DNA of 64,000 nucleotides from an uncultured Acidimicrobiaceae bacterium (GTDB lineage Bacteria > Actinomycetota > Acidimicrobiia > Acidimicrobiales > RAAP-2): NCBI GenBank assembly GCA_963753905.1, contig CAVWDZ010000001.1:2646473-2710472 (forward strand), given 5' to 3'. The position numbers were made by a program, and so were the translations under genes. Position 1 is the stretch's first letter, and each line of letters opens with the position of its first letter. The notes beneath the pieces are model-generated. The model had not been told where the DNA came from and did not search any database. It saw only the letters and a program-made list of their open reading frames with translations. Of the stretch, positions 18,365 through 28,307 are shown one piece after another.

Positions 18365-19240
18365 TCAGGACAGGTGCTTGCGGATGAGGCTCGCCGGGGC
18401 GGTGTAGGACGACCCCGACAGAATGGCGGTATTCGACCCCGCCGGCGACGGCAGGTGCTTGTCGAGGTCGAGGACGGGATCCAACACACCACCGACCCCG
18501 CAATTATCGGTTCCGGGCACCGAGAAGGAATTGTCGACCAGGGTCATTCCGGTGACGGTGATCAACCCGGTATCCGTGCTCTTGGTCGTCCCCGGTGCCC
18601 CGCTGATCGGCTTGTTGGGCGGCGGCGGATCCGTCGTGCCGGTGGTGAGGTGGAGGAGGATCGGGCTCGCCGGGTCTCCGATGGTGCAGTCGGGCCCGAG
18701 GAGGCCTGTCGGGGTGCTGATCAGGACGTCGATGGGCAGTGTGAGTCCCGGCTCCTTGCTGGTGAGGAGGGCGCCGAGGTTGACCGACGGAAGCCCCACC
18801 AACTGGGGTGTGACGGTGACGGCCAGCACCCCTCCCTGCAGTGCCGGAATGCCGGTCAGTCCGCCCGGCAGGGGAATCGCCGGCGACTGCAGCGCCGCGC
18901 TCCCGTCATCGGGAAGGACGGCCACCGCTTGGCCCGTCTTGGTGTAGCGGAGCCCGAGCGACACGGTCGTGGGGCTGGACGAGGTGACCGTCGTGGATCC
19001 GATGGTGAAGGTCGTGCTGGTGGTCGACGAGAACAGACAGGTCGCCACGGTCGCCACGCCGACCGGGCAGTGGGCGAACTTCTGCAGACCGGGCGGGAGA
19101 GCGGACGATTGGGCCGCGGCCCGCCCGGGCGCGAGCGCCGCGAGCAGCGCAATGCCGACCAGCGAGAACGTGGCGGCAGACACCGCGAACCGACGGCCAC
19201 GCGAAACGGAGCGACGTCCAGCAGACCGGGGCATCGACAT
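18365..19240 (-). CDS. Exported protein of unknown function
   Basis: ATG at 19240 follows GGAAAAGGGGGTGGG. The signal peptide is MSMPRSAGRRSVSRGRRFAVSAATFSLVGIALLAALAPGRAAA / QS. Confidence 0.7.
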   Translation of the reverse strand: MSMPRSAGRRSVSRGRRFAVSAATFSLVGIALLAALAPGRAAAQSSALPPGLQKFAHCPVGVATVATCLFSSTTSTTFTIGSTTVTSSSPTTVSLGLRYTKTGQAVAVLPDDGSAALQSPAIPLPGGLTGIPALQGGVLAVTVTPQLVGLPSVNLGALLTSKEPGLTLPIDVLISTPTGLLGPDCTIGDPASPILLHLTTGTTDPPPPNKPISGAPGTTKSTDTGLITVTGMTLVDNSFSVPGTDNCGVGGVLDPVLDLDKHLPSPAGSNTAILSGSSYTAPASLIRKHLS

Positions 19241-19350
19241 AGCCCACCCCCTTTTCCTCACGCGATCGGCCGGCGATGACCGATCAGTAACCTGCTCTGT
19301 ACCCGGGGCTCCCTTCGTCAAACATGCGCCGACGACGGCGCAATTCGATG

Positions 19351-20223
19351 TCAGAGCAGTGTGACCTGGTCGATGAGCCATCTCCCCCCCGAGCTCACCA
19401 GGGTGATCTCGACCTGGCTGCGATCGGTGGTCGGTGCCTTTTGGGTGGAGTTGGCGATCCTCTGGTCGAGGAGGACCAGGGCGACGGCCTTGGAGGTGCT
19501 GGCCGAGACCAGTCCGGCCGACACCACGCTGGCCGTGGCGGTCGCCTTGAACTTGAGGAGGGTGGATTTCAACGCGTCGCTCGACTGGGTGAAGCTTCGA
19601 CGGAACGAGGACGTCGTGTTGCCGGCCACGATGGCGAAGTCGCGGTCGAGATGGCGGTAGTCATAACTCGCCAGTTGGACGGCGTCGGTTCGTGCGACGG
19701 CCAGTGCGCTGGTCCGCGCGCTCGCCAGCGCGCTCTGGTTGCCGAGGGCCAAGAGGGACAGGATCAGCGCGACGACAAGGGCTCCGATCGTTACACCCCC
19801 GCACAGCAAAAGGGCCCTCGAACCTCTCCATCGTGGACTCCGCTCTGTGGTTGTCGCAGGTGCCGGTGCCGGTCCTTCGTCGGAGGTCGATCCCCCTTCG
19901 GGTGCGGGGACCGTGCCGTCAGCAGCGGTGGTCTCGGACGTGGCGCCACTGTCCGCGTCGACCGGTCCCGGCCTCCGGTCATCGAGGGTTCCCGGGGGGG
20001 CCAACGACTCGCCCGAGGTATCGAGGGAGATCGGATCGAGCGCGGCGGCACCGTTCGTCTTCGACGACTTTCCCTTCCCCTTCTTGGCGGTCTTCCCCTT
20101 GGCCGGCTTGCCCGGCGAGGACCGGACACCATGTGGTCCCGTTCCGATCGGGTCGGGCGGGTCTCCCTCGCGGGTCACCGTGCTCACGTTTCCGTTTGTC
20201 GTCTCGATGCCGTCCTGGTTCAC
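19351..20223 (-). CDS. Mce-associated membrane protein (Mas family)
   Basis: GTG at 20223 follows AAAGGAGGTGGAG and overlaps the mkl stop as GTGA. It has a Pro/Gly/Lys-rich N-terminus, one TM segment (ALLLCGGVTIGALVVALILSLLAL) and a conserved Mas-type C-terminal domain. Confidence 0.75.
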   Translation of the reverse strand: MNQDGIETTNGNVSTVTREGDPPDPIGTGPHGVRSSPGKPAKGKTAKKGKGKSSKTNGAAALDPISLDTSGESLAPPGTLDDRRPGPVDADSGATSETTAADGTVPAPEGGSTSDEGPAPAPATTTERSPRWRGSRALLLCGGVTIGALVVALILSLLALGNQSALASARTSALAVARTDAVQLASYDYRHLDRDFAIVAGNTTSSFRRSFTQSSDALKSTLLKFKATATASVVSAGLVSASTSKAVALVLLDQRIANSTQKAPTTDRSQVEITLVSSGGRWLIDQVTLL

Positions 20224-21281
20224 AGGACTCCACCTCCTTTGAGCGCTTGGTCTCTCTCGAGCACCGGTTGGTCGTCGAGCGTTGCCTCCGGGCCGGTGGA
20301 ACCTCCGTGGGGCCCCTCACCGCGCCGTGACGCGAGATCGGTCACCCGCTGGACCGGTGGCCCGAGGTCCGGGTCATCGTGATCGTCGGCTGGAGGAGGA
20401 CCGACGTCCACCGCGTCGGCCATCTCGTCCATACCGATGGGCCCTTCGGGCCGACCGGCAAGGAACTGCTCGATGACCGGGACCTTGGAGGTCGTCATCT
20501 CCTGCGTCGATCCGAACCCCACCAGCTTGGATCGGAACAGGAGCCCGAGATAGTGGGCCGTCCTCTTCACCGACTCGATGTTGTGACTGATGATGAAGAA
20601 GGTGGCGCCTGTCTCGTCGTGGACATTGTTGATGAGCCCGTCCAGATAGGCGACGCGCACCGGATCGAGGCCCGAGTCCGGCTCGTCGAAGAAGAGGATC
20701 TGCGGCTCGAGGACGAGCGCCCGGGCCAGGCCGGCTCGCTTGCGCATCCCGCCGGAGACCTCGCCGGGGAGCTTGTGGAGATGATTGACCAGACCGACGA
20801 GCTCTGACTTCTGCAGAACGACGTTTCGGACTTCCCTTTCGGTCTTGTTGGTGTGTTCGATGAGGGGGAAGGCGATGTTGTCGAACAGGTTCATCGAGCC
20901 GAAGAGCGCGCCGTCCTGGAAGAGCACTCCGATCTTGCGCCGGATTCGGAGGACCTCCTTCTCGCGGACGCCGACGATCGGCTCACCGTCGATGAACACC
21001 TGGCCCGCCTCGGGAGGCAGGAGCCCGATGACGACCTTGAGCAACACGGACTTTCCGGTCCCCGACGGACCGAGGATGGCGGAGGTCTTGCCCCGTGGGA
21101 CGTCGAAGGTGATGTCCTCGAGGACCACGTGGCTCCCGAAGCGCTTGGACACGCCCCGGATCGAGATGACCGCATCGGTTGCGGGATCGGGCTCCTCCAC
21201 TACCTGCGGTGCTCTCCCGTCGTCCAGGGTCACCAGCTTCTTTCTCCCCAACTTCGCCATGACAGATGATCCGGTACCCAT
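20220..21281 (-). CDS. Mce-system ABC ATPase (Mkl/MceG, MlaF-like)
   Basis: Walker A is GPSGTGKS, the signature is VSGGMRKRAGLARAL, and Walker B is ILFFDEPDSGLD. The start is ATG at 21281 or 21260. The 791-aa ORF in the track is an upstream run-on. Confidence 0.9.
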   Translation of the reverse strand: MGTGSSVMAKLGRKKLVTLDDGRAPQVVEEPDPATDAVISIRGVSKRFGSHVVLEDITFDVPRGKTSAILGPSGTGKSVLLKVVIGLLPPEAGQVFIDGEPIVGVREKEVLRIRRKIGVLFQDGALFGSMNLFDNIAFPLIEHTNKTEREVRNVVLQKSELVGLVNHLHKLPGEVSGGMRKRAGLARALVLEPQILFFDEPDSGLDPVRVAYLDGLINNVHDETGATFFIISHNIESVKRTAHYLGLLFRSKLVGFGSTQEMTTSKVPVIEQFLAGRPEGPIGMDEMADAVDVGPPPADDHDDPDLGPPVQRVTDLASRRGEGPHGGSTGPEATLDDQPVLERDQALKGGGVL

Positions 21282-21289
21282 GCCGACGA

Positions 21290-22654
21290 TCAGAACCTGA
21301 AGCCGGGCGGTGGGCCGGTCGGCAGTCCGAGCGTGACGACCGTCGTGGTGGCCGTGAACTGGGCCCAACCGGGCTCCGCGACAATCGGATTGGTGCCGCC
21401 CTGGAGGTAGTACCGACCCTCGCTCTGGTCCGCGAACTTCGAATCCCACCCGCCGGCATAGGTGTTGAGGCTGACTGCCAGGAAGAGGGAGCACGGGCTG
21501 CCACGCGCGCTCGGGAAGAACGCCGGCACGGCGAAGTCGTTGCTGGCCACCGTGCTGGTGGAACTGGCCAACGGACCGGTGAGGGGTTGTGCCGGCGTCT
21601 GGAGGGACCGGTCGTCGGTGTTGGGCGGGGTCGGTGGTCCGGGTGCGGTGGCCGGCGACCCGGCTGCCTGGGTGGAGAGGGCGAGCGCGGTGGGGGCGCC
21701 CTGACAGGTGAACGACACCGTGGACGGCGGTGGCGGAAACTCGCCCACCGTGGTCACCGCCGCCGTCGACACGCTGAGCTCGAGGGCCCCGTCGGGTTGC
21801 ACGCCGGTCACCGACAATGTGGTCGTGCCCACCGGCGTCAGGCTCACCACATAGGGGAAGCACTCGAACGTGGGAGTCGAGTAGTGGCTGCACGCGACCC
21901 CTTCGGGGTGATAGCTCCCGAGGGCCGGCGGCGGCGTCAGGCTGGCCGGTGAGGGACCGTAGTTCGCCTGGATCTCGATGCACTGCCCGGCGGGCCAGTT
22001 GGCCGACAAGCAGCTCGGCCCTCCCTGGTTGTCGCAGAACACCACGTCCTGCGGGGCGATCTGCGCAGTGAGGCTGGGGAGCTGGAGCAGTCCCGTCACC
22101 CACCCGGTGATGTCGTAGATCTTGGACTGCCACGGGTACAGATCGAACGTGGTGTTCTGCACCTTCCAGACCAAGTGGTTTGCGGTCCATTCGTCGTAAC
22201 CGGCCAGGACCTGACCGTTGGTGATCGCGGCGAGGAAGGGGACACCGTAGGCGCTGCCCGGTGGGAAGGTTGGCGCGGGAACCGGTGGCGGGGCGCAGGT
22301 CGGCATGCCGGGCGTGGTCGTCAACGCCGTCAGTTGGTCCACGGTACCGGCGTGCGCGCGGGAGAGGTCGGCCAGGGCCCGGCGGACAGTGGTCGGGTCG
22401 AGCCGTCCGACCGGCGAATCGCGGCGGGGCGCTCTCCCCACGGCGCCACCGCCGACAGCTGAGGCGCCGCGGGCGGAGGTGGCCTGTCCACCACCGAAGG
22501 GAACTGCGAGGGCGGTCACGACGAAGAGAACACAGAGCAGGACTCCGGCCGCCACGACGACGACCGCGGCAGGAAGGGCCGGAACGGCCCTCCACTTGGG
22601 CCCGCCCCGCTCGATCCCACTGGTCAGCCGTGACGTCTCACGCCGCGTTCGCAC
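21290..22654 (-). CDS. Membrane-anchored protein of unknown function inside the mce operon
   Basis: GTG at 22654 follows GGAGGGGGGAGGGAA. It has one TM segment (ALPAAVVVVAAGVLLCVLFVVTALAV), then a 400-aa Pro/Thr-rich, Cys-containing ectodomain. Confidence 0.7.
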   Translation of the reverse strand: MRTRRETSRLTSGIERGGPKWRAVPALPAAVVVVAAGVLLCVLFVVTALAVPFGGGQATSARGASAVGGGAVGRAPRRDSPVGRLDPTTVRRALADLSRAHAGTVDQLTALTTTPGMPTCAPPPVPAPTFPPGSAYGVPFLAAITNGQVLAGYDEWTANHLVWKVQNTTFDLYPWQSKIYDITGWVTGLLQLPSLTAQIAPQDVVFCDNQGGPSCLSANWPAGQCIEIQANYGPSPASLTPPPALGSYHPEGVACSHYSTPTFECFPYVVSLTPVGTTTLSVTGVQPDGALELSVSTAAVTTVGEFPPPPSTVSFTCQGAPTALALSTQAAGSPATAPGPPTPPNTDDRSLQTPAQPLTGPLASSTSTVASNDFAVPAFFPSARGSPCSLFLAVSLNTYAGGWDSKFADQSEGRYYLQGGTNPIVAEPGWAQFTATTTVVTLGLPTGPPPGFRF

Positions 22655-22781
22655 GTTCCCTCCCCCCTCCGCCAGGCAGCGCGTGTTCTTTTGTTACCTA
22701 TCGGTTATTTCCCGAACGGCTCCGACCCAAACCTCCTGGCCGCGCCCACCCGAGGGCGGTGGTGCAGGCTTCACGAGAGGA

Positions 22782-23870
22782 TCACCCTCCCGACGGGTTG
22801 GCTGCACTGTCTGCTCCCCGCTCCAGCATGCCCGGCACCACCACCGGGCAGGAATTGGCCAGCGGCGGACTGGCCACCGGCTGTGTCGGACCGGGCATCT
22901 CACTACCGGGGATGTAGGGACACACCGGGTCGGCCGTGTTGACGTCGAGCTCACCGTGCACCTGGCCATTGCCCGCCACCGATGCCAAATCCTGCGAGAC
23001 GGCGGGGAGCAAGTCGAACAGGGCCCGGAGGTCCTGCTGGTTCTGATCGGTCACCTGGGAGCCGGCGGCCAGGTTCGACACCAGCGCCGTGATCTGCGCA
23101 CTGTCGGCGGCCAGCAACGGATTGAGCTGCTGCTCGGCCGCCTGGCTGTTCCGGATCAATGCCTGGACATCTGTATTGGACGTGCGCAGCTGCCCGGTCA
23201 GCGAGGCGAGGGACTGCGCGAAGGTGGCCAGGTCCCCATCCGTGGCCTGCAGCGTCTGCAGGTCGGTCTGACCGTCGACAACCAGGTTCACCGTCTCCGG
23301 CTGGGCGGCGACCAGGGCGTCGAACAGCCGCTGACCGGTCACGATGATCGACCGGAGATCGGGGCCGGTACCGATGAATGCGCTGGCGAAGAAGTTCTCG
23401 TCGGTCTGCAGGTCGTCCGTGTTGATGCTCTTGAGCATGGTGTTCAGATCGATGAGGGTCGTCCCGATCGGTGTGGGCAGAACCACCCTGGTGGGAGGGA
23501 TGATGGTGCCCGGGGCCAGGTCTGGCCCGGAGGAGCTGGCCGGCTGCAGGTCGAGGTACTGCTCGCCGAGGGCGGACAGCTCCTTCACCCGGACCGGACC
23601 GTTGTCAGGGATGCGCAGACCGGCGTCGATCCCGAGCGTGGCGGCCACGTCCCGCGGACCGAGATGGAGGGCGGTCACCGTTCCGACCTGCACCCCCCTG
23701 TAGGTCACGTCGGACCCCGAGTAGAGCCCGCCGGCGCTCGGCATGAGGACGGTCACCGAAAACGGTTGCCCGGTCACGTGGTACTGCATGACATCGAAGG
23801 CGATGTAATAGACGCCGAGGACCACCACCACGACCAAGGCGATCATCCGCGGGAGGAGGTTGTGCTTCAT
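22782..23870 (-). CDS. MCE-family protein (sixth, MceF position)
   Basis: An N-terminal TM segment plus an MlaD/MCE core: VTVLMPSAGGLYSGSDVTYRGVQVGTVTALHL. Confidence 0.85.
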   Translation of the reverse strand: MKHNLLPRMIALVVVVVLGVYYIAFDVMQYHVTGQPFSVTVLMPSAGGLYSGSDVTYRGVQVGTVTALHLGPRDVAATLGIDAGLRIPDNGPVRVKELSALGEQYLDLQPASSSGPDLAPGTIIPPTRVVLPTPIGTTLIDLNTMLKSINTDDLQTDENFFASAFIGTGPDLRSIIVTGQRLFDALVAAQPETVNLVVDGQTDLQTLQATDGDLATFAQSLASLTGQLRTSNTDVQALIRNSQAAEQQLNPLLAADSAQITALVSNLAAGSQVTDQNQQDLRALFDLLPAVSQDLASVAGNGQVHGELDVNTADPVCPYIPGSEMPGPTQPVASPPLANSCPVVVPGMLERGADSAANPSGG

Positions 23871-23880
23871 GCCGACCCGA

Positions 23881-24981
23881 TCACCACGTGCCGGAAGTGA
23901 GGAGGCCGGATATCGCCTGTTTCCCGGTCAGCTGGACGGATCCGGATGCCGACGGCGTCTGCGTGTCGGCCGGCTCGGCGGCAGGGAGCGAGGGCTCGAA
24001 CCCTCCGGCTGGCAGCAACACGTTGACCAGGGCACTGACCTGGAGGTAGTCACTCGGTGCGATCTTGGGGGTCTCCGCCTCGAACGCGGCCAACGCGCTC
24101 AGGTCGGGGGCGAGCTGGGACGACACCGCGTCGAGCTGCTGGACGACCGGCAACAGGTCCTGGGCGTCGGCCACCGCGTTCTGTCCGCTCTGTTGGGCGA
24201 TGGCTGCCCCCGCGGCGCCCAGGTTGGACAGCTGGTCCAGCAGTCCCGAGATCTGCTTGTTCTCGCTGGCCAGCACCCCCACGGCCGGTGCGATCGTGCT
24301 GATGCCGGTGGCAATGGTCGGGCCTCCGGCGTTCAATTTGCTGGACAGGTTGGAGATGGACGCCAGGGCGCGATCGATGGCCGGCCTCCCACCCGAGAGG
24401 GAGCTCACGCCGTTGTCGATGGTGGTCAGGAATGAGCGGATCGGACCCTGGTTGCCGGTGAAGGTGTCGTTGAGCTGACTGATGATGGTTTGCAGCTGAT
24501 TGATCCCTCCCCCGTTGAGCACGAGGGAGAGTGCGCCGAACGTGTCCTCGACGCTCGGTGCGGTGCTCGTCGAGCTGGCAGGAATCCGCGCTCCTGCGAC
24601 AAGGAACCGGCTGGCCTCTTCGCTCGTCCCGGTCGGCAGGACGGTCGGCGCCTGGAGCAGGATGTACTCGTCGCCCAGCGGGTCGTCGAAGCGGACCTGG
24701 GCAGTGGTGCCGACCGCGAGCTGGACGGATGTCTTGATGTCCAGGGTCAGGTCGGCCTGGAAGTTCTCGGTGGAGATGGCTCCCACCTCACCGACGACTT
24801 GGGCACCGACACGGACCTGAGCGTCGTCGGGCAGGTTGAGGACGTTGGAGAACACCGCGTACACCGGATAGGTGCCGGCGCTGACACCACTGACCTTGGG
24901 CAGGGACTGCAGACTGAGGGCGCAGCCACTGAGCATGACGGCGATGCCGACTGTCATCGCCACGGGCACCGACCGTCTCAT
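23881..24981 (-). CDS. MCE-family lipoprotein (fifth, MceE position)
   Basis: The lipobox is MRRSVPVAMTVGIAVMLSGC. The MCE core is VYAVFSNVLNLPDDAQVRVGAQVVGEVGAIST. Confidence 0.85.
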   Translation of the reverse strand: MRRSVPVAMTVGIAVMLSGCALSLQSLPKVSGVSAGTYPVYAVFSNVLNLPDDAQVRVGAQVVGEVGAISTENFQADLTLDIKTSVQLAVGTTAQVRFDDPLGDEYILLQAPTVLPTGTSEEASRFLVAGARIPASSTSTAPSVEDTFGALSLVLNGGGINQLQTIISQLNDTFTGNQGPIRSFLTTIDNGVSSLSGGRPAIDRALASISNLSSKLNAGGPTIATGISTIAPAVGVLASENKQISGLLDQLSNLGAAGAAIAQQSGQNAVADAQDLLPVVQQLDAVSSQLAPDLSALAAFEAETPKIAPSDYLQVSALVNVLLPAGGFEPSLPAAEPADTQTPSASGSVQLTGKQAISGLLTSGTW

Positions 24982-24986
24982 CCAAG

Positions 24987-26204
24987 TCACGACTGACCTC
25001 CGACCAGCGCACTCAGCGACAGGTTCGGCCCCGAGGAGGCCCCGGGTGGGGTGGGAAGATTGGCCAGCAAGCCGTTGACCCCGCAGCCGAGGTCGATCGT
25101 CGGGTCCTTGTCCTGCGACCGGTCGATCGAGAGCAGAAGGAGCCGCAGGAGCGCATTGCCGCACACCGATTGCGAGAAACCCGCCGAGTTGCCCATCGGA
25201 TCGAGGCGGGCACGGAGAGCCGGGCCGCCGGCCGCGCCCGGGTCGACGGCCTGGGAGATGTTGTCCAGGGCGGTCGGGAGCGTCTCGAGAGCCTGCGCCA
25301 GCGACTGCTGCTTGGCGGCCACGGCACCGGCGAAGGCGTCGAGGTTGGTGACGCTGGTGCCGAGGGCAGAGGAGTTGGTGGCGGTGAACTGCGCCAGCGC
25401 CGAGAGCGCCCGCTGGAGGTTGGCCAGGGTGGCCCCGATATTGGCGTCATCGCCGGCCAGATCGGTGCTGACCGCCGCCAGGTTTCCCGCGAACGCCTGG
25501 TAGGTGCTCGTGTACCGGGAGGCCACCTGGCTGAGATTCCCCAGGTTGTTGAAGAGTGCGGTCAGCTGTGGGCTCTTGGACGAGAGCGCGTCGAGGGCGC
25601 CGCCCAAGGAGACCAGGGTCGAGTGCAGTGCGGCGCCGTCTCCGCCGAAGGCGTGCGCCGAGCTGGCCACGAAGTCGGACAGGGCACCGTGTGCGTTGGC
25701 GCCGCTGGGACCGAGGGCAACGGCCAGCTGGTCGAGGCTGTCGACGATCTCGTCCACCGAGATGGGCACGGCGGTCCGCGAGGTGGGAATGACGGCACCG
25801 TCCTGCATCCGCCGTCCACCGTTGTAGGCCGGATTGAGCTGGACATAGCGATCGTTGACTACCTGGGGCGCCATGAGCAGTGCCTCGGCGCCGGCGGGGA
25901 TCGGCGTGCCGGCGGGCACCTGCATCACCACGGTCACCGAGCTCGGGCCCGGCGTCACCTCGGTGACCTTGCCGACGGGCATGCCGAGGATGTCCACCGA
26001 GTTCCCCGGGTAGAGGCCCGGAGCGGTGGCGAACCGGGCGGAGATGGTCATGGGGGAGGCGCCGCCCGTGACGAGGGCGACGATGCCTCCGATGATCAGG
26101 AGGCAGAGCACCGCCCCAGCGGGCACCAGGTACCTCGGGTGAGCGGGAGGACCGGGCGAGCCGGTCGCTCCGGCCGACCCGCCGGGTTGGACGTCCGGGG
26201 TCAT
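24987..26204 (-). CDS. MCE-family protein (fourth)
   Basis: ATG at 26204 has an ATGA overlap with the upstream stop and AGGTGG 10 nt upstream. A TM segment is followed by ISARFATAPGLYPGNSVDILGMPVGKVTEVTP. Confidence 0.85.
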   Translation of the reverse strand: MTPDVQPGGSAGATGSPGPPAHPRYLVPAGAVLCLLIIGGIVALVTGGASPMTISARFATAPGLYPGNSVDILGMPVGKVTEVTPGPSSVTVVMQVPAGTPIPAGAEALLMAPQVVNDRYVQLNPAYNGGRRMQDGAVIPTSRTAVPISVDEIVDSLDQLAVALGPSGANAHGALSDFVASSAHAFGGDGAALHSTLVSLGGALDALSSKSPQLTALFNNLGNLSQVASRYTSTYQAFAGNLAAVSTDLAGDDANIGATLANLQRALSALAQFTATNSSALGTSVTNLDAFAGAVAAKQQSLAQALETLPTALDNISQAVDPGAAGGPALRARLDPMGNSAGFSQSVCGNALLRLLLLSIDRSQDKDPTIDLGCGVNGLLANLPTPPGASSGPNLSLSALVGGQS

Positions 26205-27217
26205 GGCCGGCATCCCACCTGCGGGTTGCTGCTCGGAAAGGTCCCGGGCGACGAGCACTGGACCGCCAGATTGTCGGGAACCAGCAATGTGGGCACCGCC
26301 ACGTCGACGAAGGCGCCCGAGCCGGAGGAGTTGGCCGAATACCGGCCGAAGGCGGCGAGAACGGGGATCGCTTGGCCGAAGTCGTTGCTGTCCTTGGCCA
26401 GGACAGCCGAGACGGACTGGAGGTCCTGCAGCAGTGTGGTGAGCGCCGGCCGGTTGACGGACAGGATCGACGTGATCTGCTGGCTCAGCGACGATGTGGC
26501 GGCGAGGAGCTGGTCGATGGCCGCGCGTCGCTGCTGGAGCACGGACAACACCAGGTTGCTCTGGCCGAACAGGTCGAAGAGCTGGCCGCTCCTTTGCGAC
26601 AGGACGCCGGACAGCGCCGCCCCCTGGGAGACGATGGTGGCGAGTGCGCTTCCCTCGCCGCCGATCACACGCGAGATGTTGGCCAGACCCTGGAAGGCGC
26701 TGGTCGTCTCGCTGACCTGCGTGCCGTTCAAGTCCTGGCTCCCCACGTCGAGGGCGTGTTCGAGCTGGGGGATGTTGTAGTGCTGGATCTGCGAGCCGAG
26801 CCCCGACAAGGCGGTGACCAAGTTGTAGGGCACGCTGGTTCTGGTCAGGGGGATCGGCTCGTTGATCGAGCCGGGACCCGAGGGGACGACCTCCATGTAC
26901 TCGGTACCGACCGGGCTGAGCACCTCGGCCGCGGCAACTGTCGTCGATCCGAGACGGACTCCGGACGCAGTGAAGGTGACCCGGACACTGTCGCCGTCGA
27001 GGGCCATGCCGGTGATCGACCCCACCTGAACGCCGTCGACGGTCACGATGTCACCAGGAGCGAGGCCCCCGGCGTCGGCGAAGTCCGCCTGATAGGTGGC
27101 GTTGTCGTGGATGAGGGGGAGCCGTTGGAACTGCAGGGCCCCCACCACCAGACAGGTCACGACCACGACCCCGACGAGGCCGGTTGTGGCTCTGTTGCGC
27201 TCGCGGAAGCGTTTCAC
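26201..27217 (-). CDS. MCE-family protein (third)
   Basis: GTG at 27217 has a GTGA overlap. A TM segment is followed by YQADFADAGGLAPGDIVTVDGVQVGSITGMAL. Confidence 0.85.
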   Translation of the reverse strand: MKRFRERNRATTGLVGVVVVTCLVVGALQFQRLPLIHDNATYQADFADAGGLAPGDIVTVDGVQVGSITGMALDGDSVRVTFTASGVRLGSTTVAAAEVLSPVGTEYMEVVPSGPGSINEPIPLTRTSVPYNLVTALSGLGSQIQHYNIPQLEHALDVGSQDLNGTQVSETTSAFQGLANISRVIGGEGSALATIVSQGAALSGVLSQRSGQLFDLFGQSNLVLSVLQQRRAAIDQLLAATSSLSQQITSILSVNRPALTTLLQDLQSVSAVLAKDSNDFGQAIPVLAAFGRYSANSSGSGAFVDVAVPTLLVPDNLAVQCSSPGTFPSSNPQVGCRP

Positions 27218-28305
27218 GAGCAACTCGCGGTGTGCCGGGTCTGATCGCCGATCGCTCCGGATGGAAGGGTCACCGGGTTCGGATACTGGTTGGTGGGACT
27301 CACGCCGGGGATGAGGGAGATGTCGAGCTGGCCCGACACGTTGATCGTCAGATTGCAGAGGTAGACGTTGATCCAGCTCCCCGAGCTCTGGATTTTGGCG
27401 AGCGTGCTGACCAGGCCGGGGAAGCCGGTGAGGACGCCGTCGAGCCCGCTCTGATTGGCGGACAGGGACTGGACCGCCGTTGACAGTGCCTGGATGTCCT
27501 GGTTGAGAGCCGGCTGTGACTCGTTGAGCAAACTGCTCGTCGTGCTCTCCGCCGTGGCCAGATTGTCGATCGCCGAGCCGAGCTGCGCACGCGACCCCGC
27601 CAGACCCGTCATCAGGGTGTCGAAGTTCCCGATCAGCTGGCCGAGCTGGGTGTCGTGGACCCCCACGGTGTCGAGCAGGCTCGACAGGCTGTTGAGGAGC
27701 GTGTCGATGACCTGCTGGCGATCGGCGAGGTTGCTGGTCAGGGCCGCCGTCTGCGCCACGATGTCCGACAGCGTCCCCGATTCGCCCTGGAACACGTCGA
27801 TGATCGACCCGGCCAGCTGGTTCACCTGGTCGGGCGAGAGGGCGGAGAACAGCGGCTGGAAGCCGTCGAACACCGCGGTCAGGTCGATCGCCGGGGTGGT
27901 CTGCGAGACAGGGATGACTCCTCCGGGGGGCAGGGGCTTGCCCCCCGGAGCTCCGGGGAGGATGGCGAGGAAGCGCTGACCGAGGAGATTCTCGAAGTGG
28001 ATCGCGGCGAGCGTCGTGGTGGTGAGCCGCTGGGAGTTGTCGACGCTGAACGAAACACTGACACGGTCGCCCTGCAGGGTCACCGCGCCGACCTTGCCCA
28101 CCTCGACCCCGGCGATGCGGACCGTGTCACCGGGCTGCAGCTCGGATGCGTTGGAGAACTCGGCGACATAGCCCGTGGCCGGGTGTGTGTTCACGTCGAG
28201 GAGCGTCGAGATCACCACCGAGGTGACGATCACCGAGACGACGGTGAACACGCCGACCTTCACGATCGTCCGGGTGAGTCCTGGGCGGGGGTGGCGCGAT
28301 CTCAT
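27214..28305 (-). CDS. MCE-family protein (second)
   Basis: ATG at 28305 lies 2 nt after the upstream stop. A TM segment is followed by YVAEFSNASELQPGDTVRIAGVEVGKVGAVTL. The 784-aa ORF in the track is a run-on. Confidence 0.85.
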   Translation of the reverse strand: MRSRHPRPGLTRTIVKVGVFTVVSVIVTSVVISTLLDVNTHPATGYVAEFSNASELQPGDTVRIAGVEVGKVGAVTLQGDRVSVSFSVDNSQRLTTTTLAAIHFENLLGQRFLAILPGAPGGKPLPPGGVIPVSQTTPAIDLTAVFDGFQPLFSALSPDQVNQLAGSIIDVFQGESGTLSDIVAQTAALTSNLADRQQVIDTLLNSLSSLLDTVGVHDTQLGQLIGNFDTLMTGLAGSRAQLGSAIDNLATAESTTSSLLNESQPALNQDIQALSTAVQSLSANQSGLDGVLTGFPGLVSTLAKIQSSGSWINVYLCNLTINVSGQLDISLIPGVSPTNQYPNPVTLPSGAIGDQTRHTASCS

Positions 28306-28307
28306 GA

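Noticed and set aside
20220-22595. A 791-aa ORF that seems to fuse a long Arg/Pro-rich N-terminus to the Mkl ATPase. Similar run-on ORFs occur at 27214..29568, 33221..35242, 37557..41627, 3613..4848, 14387..15364 and 61289..62758.
   Set aside because: In high-GC DNA, stop-free upstream extensions are common. The extensions are Arg/Pro/Gly-rich and overlap well-supported genes in another frame. Internal starts with RBS or 4-nt overlaps give proteins of normal family length.
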